NCBI GenBank assembly: GCA_964187785.1 | Contig: OZ076409.1 | Coordinates: forward strand, 86,554,001 to 86,618,000 | Length of the DNA: 64,000 bases | DNA from: Amphiscolops sp. MND2022 | Lineage: Eukaryota | Direction: 5' to 3' | Part shown: piece after piece, positions 24,774 to 38,215 of the stretch | How the letters are laid out: every line of letters starts with the position of its first letter | How positions within the stretch are numbered: the stretch's first letter is position 1 | Notes under the pieces: model-generated | Told to the model about the DNA's origin: nothing | The model's database searches: none | What the model saw: the letters and a program-made list of their open reading frames with translations, nothing else | Made by a program: the position numbers and the translations under genes

Positions 24774-25759
24774 ACAGCGAAATCGGTCATGACCACTGGT
24801 GGCACCGGTATCGGTATTGTGGCCCAGAAACTGACAGAGAAGAAAAATATTCAGCACGGTAGTCCTGCAGTTCGTGCTTCGGGCAAAGTAAATTCAGGAC
24901 AGGCAAGTGGACGTGGGTCCCGAGTGTGATCTCACGGAGGTTGATTGTAAACTTTCCATGGTTGTATGTGTTGTTGTAAACTGCATTTGCATGGTTGTTT
25001 TTGACTTGTTGTTTTGTAGTCACTTTGTAGATGAATGAATATCATTTCCGATATAAAGATAGATGAATTTTGTGTTGCTATGTGTATTCTTCTGAATTTG
25101 TTGATATCATTAATGATTACTGAGCTACATAAATCAAAGTCAAAACTTGCAACAAAAGGGAAAAATAATGACTCATTCGAAAGTGTTGGCTCATCTGAAC
25201 AAAAACCAATGGGTCATTCATCAATAAAATCTTCTGTTTCTCGAATTCATTTCCTCTTGAATCAGTAATTGAGTAGTTGGGGAATTGAGTTAGTTGTAGG
25301 TAGTAAAATAAGTAAGTAGTTAAAATGTGCCATATCACGAACTCATTGTAAGTGTTTATTCATGTAAGACGACAACCAGTGGGGTGTAGTAAGCGTTATC
25401 TTTTATCCAATTTGAAGGCGTGTTAGTGCGTAAGTTGTATTTTCCTCTCCGGGAAACTAGGTTCCGGGTTTAGGTTGGGTTCCAGTGTTGGTTCTCTTCG
25501 GTTGGGTTATTTTTATGGTGGTGTTCGGCGATGTGTCCTCGGTTGTCTCTTCTGGGCCTGTGATTTAGTCAGGGTGGCTAATTATGGGTTCATCATTGAG
25601 AGGGGGGCTGTTGTTTCATTAAACGAAGTGCTCGAACCCTGATTGCCACGCAAGTGCATAGAGGTTGTCACTTAGGGCTTCAACTTCGTTGTCTGGTTGG
25701 ATATCCTCCGCTTGGACTTTATGTCGGGTAGGAAGTCTTTGTTGGGGCATGGTTTCAGG

Positions 25760-28700
25760 CGTAATCTGCGTAGAATTTGGGTTCAGTTGGTTTGTACCTT
25801 TCGCATCAGGTAATTATTGTTCGGTAGGGTTTTCACAACTACATACGGTCCCGTCCACAAATACTTTCGAAATGGTATCTTTGATCCTTGGTCATTTGCT
25901 TCCTGTCATTTGCTTGGTGTAAGGCATAGCAGTACTCGTTGGTTTCCAGAGGGTGGGCCAAGCTTTCCTATCGTAATTATGCTTGTATTGTATGTACGAG
26001 TGTAAAACGCACTTGCTCACTGATTCCTGGATTAGGCGAGTTTCTAGGAGGGCATCTTCCCCTGTGTCGGTTGTTCGGTCTTTGTTGTGGGTCTGTTTGA
26101 GTCCAAAATTCTGGTCAAGTACATTGTAAGGTACACTGCCATGGAACATTTTACTGGGTTCACATTCCATTGCCGAATGGTTAATCGTGTTGTAGTTAGG
26201 CGTGGCGATGGGTACAAAATGATGCCAAATTGTTCGGCGGTCTCCCGTGGAGAATTTGAGTGCCTCTTTCAGCGATGCGTGGCAACGTTCCAACGTGCCT
26301 ATTGATTGTGCATGCTTTGTAGTGGCATGTCTCAGTTGGATGCCCAGTACACCGGTTGTGTCTGGCGTTACTTCAGACATATATTGGGTTCCTTGTATGT
26401 TATGATGGTTGTGGTTAGGTACGCGTGGCTGTCATGATGTCGACTAGCGCTTTTGCAATAGTCCTTGCATCCCTTCTGGTTACACAGTATGTGAATAAAT
26501 ACCGTGAGATAACATACCTGGCTGTGACTATAGCCGTGTATCCGTTTGATGGTTCATCGAACGGGACTATGTCCGTTTGTGGGGCATCTTCTGGTCCGAT
26601 GCGAGTTTGGGCAGAAAAATCCTCGGCGGGGTGAGTAGTTGGTTGTCTGTTTTTTTTCGTTTGCATGCTTTGCATGAATTGGCTAACGTGTCTTGTGATC
26701 TTGGCTGCTAGACCTAGGAAGTAAAACGTCTCCCGGCGTTGTTGTATTACTTTGGTGCTGGTGATTCCAGGGTGATTGTCGTGCATCCCGTGGTGGGCCT
26801 CAATAAAGGAGTTGACTGGGTGTTTTGTTTAGAGGACTTGCAGGTATTTAACTTTCCCAGTTTCTCCATAGTAGTACCGGTATAGCAGTCCGTCTTAGAG
26901 GATAATTTGGGACTCTTAGGCGGTATACTGGAGTGCTTTCTGGTTCGTGGCCATCGTTTGCCCATCGTATGTTTCCTTTAGTCGGCGTAGTTTGTAGTTG
27001 GTCTTGCTGGTGTCTCATGTCACGGGGTGGGTCGTTGTCTCGTTCTTCGTCTACGGTGCGTCTTCTGGAGGTAGTTTTGTATCTTGTGACCTTGAGCGGC
27101 AATTCCTTCTGGTGACACATTTCATATGAGCAATTCGACTTGGCACCGAACTGAGAAGCCGACCTGCTTCTCTAAGGCATTGGAAGACCTCGTGCAGGTT
27201 GATCTTTAGCTTCTCGGCGGCGAGGGTGGCTGTTCCGATGTCGTCAACGTACTGAGCGCATTTGTCAGCTCTAATGACTCTGTTGAGATTTTCCCTCATG
27301 AATCTCGAGAAGGGTGAGAGAGATCTGCTGAGCCCTTGTGCGAGTCGTAGGTATGCGAATGTCCGACTGACGAAATTGAAAGCCAGAAGTTTTGGTCTGC
27401 CTTTGCAGCACGTGGTAAGCTTCAGAAAAATCGAGCTTACAAAACAGTTTCTTTCCTGCCAAGTGTTGGGCAGCATCAGAGAGGGTACTCACGGGGTGGT
27501 TGTTGTTTATATAGTCGTCGGAGATAAGATTGTTTATCTTTCTCAAGTCGACAAGCAGTCGAAGGCGTCCGTTTGGTTTTCTTTGCACGAATATTGTGCT
27601 CGCGTATTCACTGAAGGAGAGTGTGGTGATGATACTGAAGTAGTGCATCAATGCCAACTCTACCGTCAAGTCGTCTTTCTGTTTAACAGAGCAAGGAAGA
27701 CTTTGTGTATAGGCTGGTTGGTCAGTTTCGGGAATTACTTTTATTCTTAAGTCGTTGTTGACCCCCAATGTCGAGGCGATGTTTTGCCAAGATATCGTTA
27801 TACTCGACAAGTATGTCTTTTATGTCGGATTTGTCGGTCTCGTTCAATTCAGTGTCCTTCCATTTGAAGTTCGCAGAAAAGATATCCTCTCGTCTGGACT
27901 GGTCTGAGGATTGAGTTTTCGGATCGATTCTATTTCTTCAATCTCCCGTAGGATGCGGTTTTGAATTAGGGTGTGAGTTGCGGGGTTGTTCCGATTGTTG
28001 GGTGTAGGAAACCAGAAGTTTTGGTCAGTTTGTGCCTTTTCAGACAATTTGAGGAGTTCATTGACGTACTCTAATGCTTTGTCAGAGTTGTCGTCTGCTA
28101 GAACTCTGAGGGCTGCCGAGTTTAGTGGGTACAGTTGCTTCGCATCTTGGGGGATAGGATGGAGAATTCTGGGACTGTTGCGTTCTTTTTTAGTGTGAAT
28201 GGGTTTAGAGGCGTTGGTGACTCGGACTTCGATTTTGAGGCTGTTGAGATGGAACTGGCGACTACGACTTGGTTGTCTCCTGAATACTGTTCTCTTGGGT
28301 GGATAATGCCAGTGGCATTGGCGAGGGAGCGTAAGTTGCTACATGCTTCAATTGTTACGCACAGGTCTGGCATGATGGTTAATTGGTTCCTTATTGTGAT
28401 TTTATGGTTCCTGGAGACTGCCACGTTATCGTCTGCTGTGATTGCGTAAGTTAGGGAAAGTGTAGTAAAGCTTGACTTACGTCCAAAGTGGCACTGTTGT
28501 TTTTAAGAAACGTTAGTTCAAGGATGAGGCCAGTGATCTTGGTGGCAACTGTAGAAGTTTCTTTAACTCTCCAATCATTTAATTCAAATTGAAGCTGCAC
28601 TGTTTTTGTTGGTGCTTTTATGTCACCATTTGCGACATAAAGTTTGAATGTCGCTGGGTCCATCTCTTTGATTATGTTGCCTGGGCTGATGGATTTGATT

Positions 28701-28850
28701 TTTTCGAGTTCGCTCTCTGGGAGACAATTGACTAATGCACCTGATCAATGAGGTTGTCCAGAGACAAGCTATTAAAATCCATTGGCGCGAGGGGTATTTT
28801 CTTTTTTTCTTCAGGGTGGTACCTGAAAAAATTGTCAAGCATTTTTCGTT
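25760..28850 (-). pseudogene. pol: Gypsy pol: protease, RT, integrase; RNase H apparently deleted
   Basis: Protease LID-(S)GAL near 28740; RT RKPNGRLRLLVDLRKIN, KLDFSEAYH, YVDDI; integrase H..H.G...F, DIVP, Q.IG.LERCHASLK, YNT..HS. Only about 0.4 kb lies between the end of RT and the integrase zinc finger. Confidence 0.9.
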
Positions 28851-29689
28851 TGAAGTTGGAATTGTGATGGCAATTTTGTTAAGTTGTTGGTTGGTGTAGA
28901 TCCAATCTTCGTCTTTGCCATTTTGCGGTGACGTGGGTTGTTGTTTTTGCTCATTTCTGTTTGTGTCATTTTGTTTGTGATTTGGTTGGATTGTGTTTTT
29001 TAGTTCACACGTGAGAACTCGCCTAATTCGGCGAGTACGTGGTGTTGCTGAAATTTGTGTTTGTGACGGGGGGTCCCGTCTTCATTTCTATCTTTAGGGG
29101 TAGTTTCTTGAGAGTATTTCTGTTCGAGACTCTCTGGGCTGGATGAGGACGACGTCATGACTGCTCGAATCTCGTTCGTTGTGGCTGGGGGTGTCTGGTA
29201 TGACTGGAAACCAGTCATTGGTGGATTGAAGTTGTTTTTGAGACTTGATTTTTTGTTTTCTGGTGGAGGTGTTACAAGCATTGTTATTTCGGTGTCGTGT
29301 TCTTGAACCGCCTGGTGTACGGTAGCATGACTTGTGTCGTCTTTGTAACTTCTAGTCGTGGAGAGATTCATGTTAGTTCGTCAGGCGAATTCGTGGAAAG
29401 GCAGGTTACCGGTTTTTTGAAGATGAATTGTTCGGCGTCGTAGGTTGTAGGATGGGTGGGGTTTTGAGCATATCAGTCTGGGTAGGGAAGTTTGTGTAGG
29501 GTGTTCTTGTTAAGATTGATCAGTCTTCTGATGAGCCATCTCGGCTGCCAGTCGGTTGATGGTTCTCTGGAACACTCCCTGTACATTTCTTTATCAAAAT
29601 CCTTCGAGGTTTCAGATGTCGTGTAAAATCTGAAGTCTTTGTAATCCCCGAAGCGAAGACGTAGCATTAGAAATTTTTTTTTGGGTTTG

Positions 29690-30530
29690 AGGTGCCACTG
29701 TTTGTAGCTACTGAGGGTTTCTTGAGTTTGCTGGGGAGAGAAGGGAATAATATTTGAGGGGTTGATTTTGGCGTTTTCCACCATGATGGGTGGTTTGCCC
29801 AGTTGGCTCCAGAGTAGCAGTCTTTAGTCTCCTGGCTCATTTCGCTAGGAGTTGTAAGGGCGGAACCAGCTGTTTTTTGCAATCGTTTATCGCGGTTTGT
29901 TTTCCTGCAGTTATGGAGGAGGTGGCCTAAGTGGTTACATCCGAAGCATGGGTCTGTTACCTTTTGTGGCCGTTCTTGATTTGTGCTGGAAGCTTCACCA
30001 ATATTGTTGATGCCCGTGAGTGAAGTTGTGTCTGGATTTCTGAGTCCATTCAGTTCCATTTCCTTTTCGAAGTGCTGGACCATCGTCTCAGAAAATTGGG
30101 GAAGGTTTGCTTGCTGGGGTTAAAGGTTAGGTTTTGCCATTTGCAACGCGCTGTTGCTATGGATTGTTGCTTGACGTATCTGCGACGAAAACCTGCAAGT
30201 ATGTCATTAAGTTGACTTCGTGTCGGATCCGTCATATTTCTAAATGTCTGAAGTGTCTCGCCCCTGAGTAGCGAGTGGAAGTGGTGGATTTTCTCTTCCT
30301 CTGATATATCGGGTTTGAATGATTCGGGTATACCTTGAGGCTTGTTTGGAATAGACCCTCAAAGTGTTCGAACTTGTCTGCTTTGCAGTCAGAGGTTGGC
30401 CTTGTGGCGGACATGGCTTTAGTAGTCTGGGGATGCCCGAGTTTTGATGCGTTGCCGTTTGCAACGATTGTAAGAGGTTTTCTATGATATCTTCTGGGTA
30501 CCTCTGGTTTGGAGGTGGCAGGGTCGAAGA
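29690..30530 (-). pseudogene. gag: Gypsy gag (frameshifted)
   Basis: Pieces KFEHFEGLFQTSLKVYP, FRRRYVKQQSIATARCKWQNLTFNP and a CCHC knuckle CFGCNHLGHLLHNC. Confidence 0.8.
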
Positions 30531-30561
30531 TCGTTGTGGGTTGTGTGTTGTTTTGGTTGTC

Positions 30562-30577
30562 GAAACTCCTGTCACCA
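30562..30577 (-). promoter_or_regulatory. Primer-binding site, tRNA-Leu-like
   Basis: Minus strand ...AACA|TGGTGACAGGAGT directly after the LTR; one mismatch to TGGTGTCAGGAGT, the complement of a tRNA-Leu 3' end. Confidence 0.7.
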
Positions 30578-32134
30578 TGTTGGAGCCTAGGTTTTTTGTG
30601 AAGTTACTTTCGACTATTTCCTCTTGAGCATTTTCACTAAATTCAATTCTAACAGCCGAACAACCCTGTTCTGACAAAGTCCCCCCGCGCGTGAATTCAC
30701 TTTTTGTTCAATTCGGCGTACTTTACAAAGCGGGGAAGTCCAAATAAGGTAAACTTGCTCCGGACTTGGCATTCCGCTTCATCTCACTTTTAAGGAAAAG
30801 TGGGAATCAACTTCCTGCCGCTTCCCAACTCCTCGTCCCTCCTTCTTCATTCCCCACTTTTTCAAGCCGCCGAAATCAAAGTTGGCACTGAACTTGATGA
30901 ACCTAGCTACTGGGATGGAAAAAAGAAATGAAATTTTCCTTGACAAACGTAGTGTTTTACTGCACTCAATAAAGGGATTTCCGAATAAATAAACTTCAAA
31001 CATGGACATTAGTTCAAACCATTAATAATTCAGATGAGATTAGCAAGATAAATTCTGGTCGAAAGCCGGGCGTTCATACATGATTGACAATGTTGACAAA
31101 GTTTGGACAGTTGACCAGAGTGATGACTCAAATTATTGGTGGGGGTTTGAATAACTACAATAAACAATATTAAGCAACAGAGATGAGCTAAATTGCTTCC
31201 CAGGTTTGATAATTTAACTGATTACATGAATAGTTTCACTCAAACCCGAGAAGAAGGTGAACCAACAGAGCAATTACATAATGGTCACCCTGGTGATTGA
31301 CTCGGATTAAATTTCGAAGGCATTACTTACATGGCCAAATTACAGTGGAATAAAATAAATATGTCCGGTTTAGCACAAAAATACACAAAATGTGTGATGG
31401 TAGATGGTTAATTACACAGTGGTGCTTTCGTCTAATCATTCGAACTGATGGGTAGCCCCGGATGTTGACCTAGCTTGAATATTTTTGACGATAACCGAGG
31501 CGGACGACCCAATTCTAATAATGAATATATCATTATAGCATCAAATCACTACTAATCATGTTCCTTCAATTTACCTTCGACATTCCCTTTGGCTGAAGCT
31601 TCTTTCAATTTCTATAAAGCTTTTAAACTTACATTTAGCTTCGATTGATTACCTTCGCTTTTAGGATATTTCAGTTCAGCGACTGAGCGTGCGTCCCAGC
31701 TTTTCTCAACTAGTATGCTGCCTTGGAGGTTGCTTCGTAGTATTAAGTGTAATTGCGCTCGACGCTGATTGGTTAATACAAAAAATCCAATATGACTAGT
31801 TTCTGTTGGGCGCTGCCGCTTGTGCAGCACTCCAATCAATGCGCTGGCTATGACAAATGCAGTCAACGCGCTGGTTGTTTGATTATAAACAAAATACTGC
31901 ACTCAATAAAATATATTTAAATACAAAAGTATGTATTTCAGGTACTGCCCAATGGTGTCATTATCCCTAATTGTGTATTTTTATAGGTATTTAATCATAT
32001 CAATACCTGTTTGCTGTTTGTTTCCTTTCAGGTTTCTTGGTGATTTGTTAGTTTCTCCTCGGTTTTCTTCTCGACCTTCTTCCTTAGGCGTTCCTTCTAT
32101 GTTTAGAGTCCCGCAGCACTGCGGGGCTGCGACA
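30578..32134 (-). repeat. 5' LTR (about 1.56 kb)
   Basis: Plus strand TGTTGGAGCCTAGG...GGGGCTGCGACA. Lacks about 0.5 kb present in the other LTR (about 19410-19940) and has about 0.23 kb extra (about 31780-32010). Confidence 0.85.
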
Positions 32135-35100
32135 TATTTCGATAACCTTCGTTGATTAGATTAGTGAAAACGTTCAACAAGTCAAGAACTCGTTGTCCGA
32201 AAAACAAACTTTTTTTCCAGTTTGTCCGAAGAAAAAGACCCAAAATTACGCCAAAAACAAGAAAAAGTCTAAAATTTCTTAAGTTTCACAGGTTTTTTGC
32301 AGTTTTTGTGAACTTTGTCATAAACTTCCCAGATAAGAATGTTAAAAACTTTCAACAAGGCAAAAACCAGTTGTCGATTAGGTTTTTCAAAAAAGATAAA
32401 TGCGGTTTTCTGCTTGGAAAAAAATCACAAATGGACAACTAAAATGACAAAAAGTTCAAAATTTTTCAACTTTCAAAGTTTTCATGCACTTTTCGTTCTT
32501 CTTTGTCCAACAATTGTGGATTAGAATGTTGTCCAATAGGCTTCGTGAAGAGATAAATGCTGTTTTTTTAATGATTGATGTCTTGGATTGACGCCGAAGA
32601 AGAAAAGTTTTTAAAATTTTCCGACTTACTCTTTGGGAATCCACGTTTGTCCAATTCTCGATAGACTCCATGGGTTAGAACGTTAAAACCGTTAAACAAG
32701 AGAAAAGTCGTAGTTTCAGAAGATTTTTGTTAAACGAATAAAACAGTTCAAAAAAGAAAAATGCATCAAATTGAGCCAGAAACTGTCGAAAAATTCAAAC
32801 TTTGTTGTTTTTGTAGTTTTTATTGCAGTTTCTGTACAGTTTCCGAGGGATTTCATGGGCTAGAAGTTCTGAAACTTTTCAAATTTGAAAGAATGCTTCG
32901 AACTATGCTTCGAAGAGAACGTTGGAGCGGGTTTTTTCAAAAACACTACAGAATGACTCCACATGTGTCAAAAAATACCAAAATCTTCGTTTCTAAGCAA
33001 CTAATGTGTCCTTTCTGGATTGTTTTGGTGTCAGAATGTTGGGAAATTTTCAACAATGACAGATTTCAGTGCCCTTTTTGGGACCTAATTGCAGACTTTG
33101 GTTGGAAAATGGCTCAAAATGGACGGCAATCAAATAAAAAAATGTCAAGAATGTCGCAAATTTCAGAAATGTTCAGTAAATTTTTGTTTGGGAGCAGAAA
33201 CTTTTGGCGAGATAAAAGCTTCGAAAACCTCCAGAAGGTACACTTAGTTCCGCAGATCGCTCTCCAAAATAAAATAAGAACATATCGCACTTTTCATTGA
33301 TGAAAGTTCCCCAGAATGACCCAAAATTCGTGAACAACTATGAATTTTTAGATGAACTTCATGAAAATTTTTGTTTGATCTTTGATTAATTTCGTTGCAT
33401 TAATTCATTCAAATGAAGTCAAAAACGACTAACTCTGGTATCCAGAAGGCGTTTTTGAAGATATAATTGCACTTTTTTTGGAATTGGGTTCAGAAACATA
33501 CCAAAACCCAGAAAGCGACCAAAATGCACGTTTTGTTTTTTGTCACATTATTCACAATTTTTGTTCAAACCACGAAAATTGTTTTAGAATAGAACATCCA
33601 TTGACCTAAACGTTGAAACAATAGGGCATTTAAAACACAATTTGTGAAAGAAAGCGGAAAAAATGTTGTCCAATTTGACAGTAAGTTGCCTAAATTTCCG
33701 AATTGTCTCAATTTTCGACAACATAGTCCCTATTTGCTATCTTTTTTCCCAAAATTTACTTCAATCAGAAAGCCCATATGGTCAAAATTGAATCAATTAG
33801 CTACTGGTAGTGTTTCCAAAGGATATCAGACATGTTTAATGGCACAACTTTTGAAAAACTCTATTTGAAAACGTAATTTTTTTCGAACTTCTGTCACGTA
33901 TTTAACATTCTATAAGCTCCCAGCAAAACTAATAGGTATGGAGTCCGCCTTCCAAAAGAAACTACTTTTGCAGTTCCCCACGGAGGAAGAAAACCTGAGA
34001 ATTATCCAAAAATCAAAAAAATTTTGACGTTTTGTTGCAATTTTTCTTAATGAGCTGTTTCATGGGTTAGAATGGTGTAATTATTCAGCAACAAAAAACT
34101 CGGTTTGTATTAGAGTTTTTAGAAGAGATTCTGTAGTTCCATGTTTAAAAAAGTAGTCAATTTGACCCCAAAGTTGTCGAAAACATCAAAGTTTTCCAGT
34201 TTCTGACACTTCTTGTGACTTTATTTGCAATAACACAACAAGTAGGGACCTTTCTTAAACTTGCAAAGGACAAAAGTTTCGAATTTTTACCCTTTTTCTC
34301 AGTGTCAAAAATTACCCCAAGTGATACGCCTCGGACTCGGAAACCACTTTCCTTCAATGGGAAAAACCAAAAATCCTTTTTTTATATTTCTTCTCGGAAA
34401 AGTCCCATTGTGCCAAAACAAGTTTCAGTTTGCAAAACTTTTTCTCAAACCGAAATCAGCTTTGACAGTGAAGGGTGCCCTTAGACCACATGAATGTTTA
34501 GGAGAGACTCACAGAGGCAAAAAAATCTGAAAGAAAAACTTTTTCCACAATCATTCAGAAAACTGCAAAAACATTATTCGAAATTTATGACAGTGTCGTC
34601 AAGTGGCAGAAGTTACTTGGAAAGTTGAAGAACTTTTGGTAGAACAGGTATTTTCGAACAAAAACACTGACGAAAAGCCATAATAATAGTCTGTTTGCCT
34701 GACGAAAACCTCCGACTGATATATTGGTCTTTTAGGTACTGCAATCCACGAAGTTCAGCAACAAAACCAATAGATACTTTGCATGTTCAAAAAATAGGTG
34801 TTTGCTCTAAAAACGGGTTAAGGTGAATCAAAACTTTCTTTAATTCGAACATTGCATTTGCAAAGTGCATTAGCTATTCTTGAGCCTCAAATTGCGCTGT
34901 AGAACAATTTGTGGCGATAGTGATTCCGCTATTCAGCGTGGTTTTGTTAATTTAAAAGTCTTTTAAAAAACAACGTAAAAATGCAAGCTTTACGGTTCTG
35001 AGTACTACACCTGTTCAGGTCTGATCATCTGAAACGTTTCAAACACTTCGGAAATTTGAATCGAAACTCTTGGTAAAAATGTAATCTTCATTTGCCCTTT

Positions 35101-36218
35101 GGAGAAAAAAGGAAGTCATCTGAAATCAGGTGAACATAAAACTCGCCGAATAACTAGCCTAACTGAAACCATTGTTGTGAAGACTGTGGTAAACGTCCTA
35201 TCTGACAAATCAAGACACTTTCAAATAGAAACTCATAAATTAAAAAGTCAAATACCACATTCCCCAAAAATAACACCGAAACTAGTTGTTATTGCAGAAA
35301 CATATATAAAAGATAAAACACACCCGAAAGAAGACCACGACATGGAAGAGCAAACGATGAAAATACTATCGCAGAAAATATTCCCCAGATTCAAATGTCA
35401 AGTGAGGTATCCAGTTGTAATTGTTGAAACCAGTAATGCAAAAGAAGGAGTTTTCAAAAGATGGATAAAATCTCATTTGATGTAAACTAAATATGATTTT
35501 AATGATTTTCATATAATGGAACTGTTATATTCTGCTAATCTAAGGTTGAGAGAAAAAAATTTTGTAAAATAAATATCTCTAGTTCTAGACTATATCTCGA
35601 CTGTTATCATTGCATAAATGTGTTCAATGTAATAAAGAAAAAAATGAGTTTGTTTGCAAACAACTCTAGCTGGTATCTAGACACTAGACAGTTTTTATGT
35701 AAGAAGACAGAATCTCGGTAGAGGTCATAGGAACCGGATTGAACCGTATTTAACATTTCCCCCTCTTTTTTTATCGTGTAGTTTCTCTATATTCGGTTTG
35801 AGGGGCCTGGTGTGGTAACTTCCTCGGGTAGGAAGTCTGCTGACTTCTGGATCGTCTCCGGCTTGGGCGTGTCTTTATGTCGGTTCCACATTGTACCTGT
35901 AATATACATAATGTGTTTTAGACATTTAGTTTTCATCCCCAGAAGTTTCCAGTGTAGGGTATGCTACCGTATCTAATCGGGTTTTTACTATCTCGGTTAG
36001 ATCGTCGTAATTGTGTTTCTAAGTTCTCATCCGGCAATTCGCTGTCGGTTTGTAGTTGTAGTGTGTCTTCTTCCGGATTGTCATACACAATTGGTGTTCC
36101 GGTTTCTTCCGGCATTTCTTCATCATCTTCGTCCTCGTCATCATCATCGGTTTCATTTTCTGCCCGCTATTTGATTTGGACGATTTTCAATTTACTGTTC
36201 AGGATATCCCGAAGGATT

Positions 36219-37632
36219 TCATCCAGGGGCCATATTTCCCTCCAGTCCGCGTAGACGGTGTCGGTTTTTTGGGTTTATTTCACCGGTTGTATTCATTGCC
36301 GGTTCTTTTCTGTTCTTTCTTTCGGTCTGAAACAGTGGTGCCGAAATAAATTTCCGGTTCCTTATTTTTCCGGTTTCCGTTTTTATAATACTTTCGGTTT
36401 CTCTTATGGCGGTTTGTATTTTTTTTTTGAAATATTCCTTCCAACGATTTTTTGTAATGATTCTTTTCAATAAAGTATAAGGGATATCTAACCAAATTCT
36501 TCTTCTTTGGTGATTTTAGCCCTTTAGCGAGGTGTTTCTCCTCTGTTTTGGTTCTCGCCCTAATGATATGGTTTGTGATGTCCCCGTCCGCAACACGGCC
36601 AACGTATATGGGGATCTTTGGTCTGTTCGGTGCTGAAACAGACAGTTCTAACCAATTAGATAAGTATGCCTTTCCGTCTTTAACGATATTCGTTAGTTCG
36701 GTTCTCGGTTTTCTACCGTGATGTAGTTCGAATGGCGTTAATTTTAATCCGGTATGTATTGTGAATCGCATTACGTGTGATGCTCTGTTCACACTTTCGG
36801 TTAAGCTTATGCCGTCTTCCAAATTTGCTATAATTATGTTTTTCAATGTTTGCATTGCTCTTTTTACTACTCCGGATCCCGTATGTGCTCGAGGGGGGGT
36901 GCAATACTCAATTTCGATGTTTCGGTTCTTGCAGAAAGCTCGGTATTCTTTGGAGACAAACATTCGTCCTTTATCGTATATGATTTTTCCGGTATTCGGT
37001 ACAAATTAAAATTACTCGATAAAAAGTTTGTGACCTCTCTGGTCTCCGCCATTTTTGCATATTTTTACGGTCGGCCATATACTGAATCTATTTACCGCTA
37101 TCAGTATTTGTACTTCTCCGTGTATGTTTTTGTTAGGCAGTTTCCCGGTAAAATCAATTTGTAATTCTTGGCCGGGTTCGGTTAGGTTTTCTAGTTTTGC
37201 GTAAAATGTGGTCGGTAATTGATACTCAAGGTGTTTACCTGATACGAAGCAAGCTGTACAGTCTTTCACTTTGTTCTCGACGTCTTGTTTCATTCCGGGC
37301 CACCAAAGTATGGGTGCTTCTGACATCATCTTTGTTATGCCGGAGTGACCGAAGTGAAGGATGTTCAGGAGTTGTTGTCCTAAGTCGATGGGTATCACAA
37401 TTTGGTCATCAACAAAGACCAATCCCCATCTAATTGATAGCTTGTCAAATGCGTTCCGGTAGCCATCCGGAATGGTCTCCCGGTCTTCTCTCCGCATACT
37501 GGTTCTGACGCGGGTTAGCTCCGGGTCGATTGCAGTTTTGGCAATGAGCGTTTTTAAGTCCATCATGAACTCGAATTTTGCCTTTTTGATGTGTTCTTCT
37601 GTGATTTTTTTATTGCTCGTTAGCTTCCCCAC
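36219..37632 (-). pseudogene. Gypsy integrase (frameshifted)
   Basis: HHCC: LHFGHSGITKM...WWPGM...CTAC; LQIDFTG; IAVNRFSIWP; IKDEC; TGSGVVKRAMQTLKN; TIHTGLKLTPFELHHGRKPRT. Confidence 0.88.
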
Positions 37633-38215
37633 AATGTGGGTTATCTGTATGTAGTGCGTCTCCTTTCATTCTGTATTGTACTTGCTGAGGTCTACTATTG
37701 GCAAATTGTCGCCCCGCATTATGACGCTGACTTCTTCCGTCTCGTCATTTTCAATTTCTATTTCGCCTTCTTCCCGTAATTGTTCCGGTTCTTCCTCTTT
37801 TCTGCTATTGGTTGGTATCTGCCCCCCAATCAATTGGCTCTTCTCATATTCTCTGCGCCGATCGCTGCGATTTCTTCTCGACTTCTTTCATTGGGTCTTG
37901 TTGGTGCGAATACTTTCCCTTGAAGATAATGATCGTACTGGCGTCGCACTGTTCCTGGCCAGGATAGTCCATTTGGTTGTTCTATTAGTCGGCGTGTTTC
38001 TGGACTATTGTTCCGTCTGCGGATAATCTCCATAACTTCGCGTGTGGCGCCCCAGTGATTGAAGTTTTCGCGATCCATTTGGGCAATTTCCGAATTTGAA
38101 TTTTGAACTTTTATGATTTGATTTGAATTTTGAAGCTCTTTTGTTGAGTAACTTGACTTTAGCGCGCTGATTTCGGACTGCCCGGATGCAGCTTTTTCGT
38201 TTCGTTTGTTTTTGT

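Larger units (their letters stand above)
19319..32134 (-). mobile_element. Degenerate Ty3/Gypsy LTR retrotransposon, 12.8 kb, with accessory ORFs
   Basis: Two long LTRs (TG...CA), a PBS, and gag-PR-RT-INT order on the minus strand. Near-TSD TGTTT (19314-19318) / TATTT (32135-32139). Confidence 0.9.
19170..34948 (+). mobile_element. Helentron-like family A copy 3 (inverted), split by a Gypsy insertion into 19170-19318 and 32135-34948
   Basis: 19170-19318 is the reverse complement of about 6440-6590 and continues colinearly after 32139. Ends GCTATTCTTGAGCCTC...GTGGCG...CGCTATTCAGCG...TTGTT. Confidence 0.7.

Noticed and set aside
32761..33300. 179-aa ORF, and 145-aa ORF at 12481-12918
   Set aside because: Both lie within non-coding Helentron-like repeats; no domains, and not evidently preserved in sister copies.
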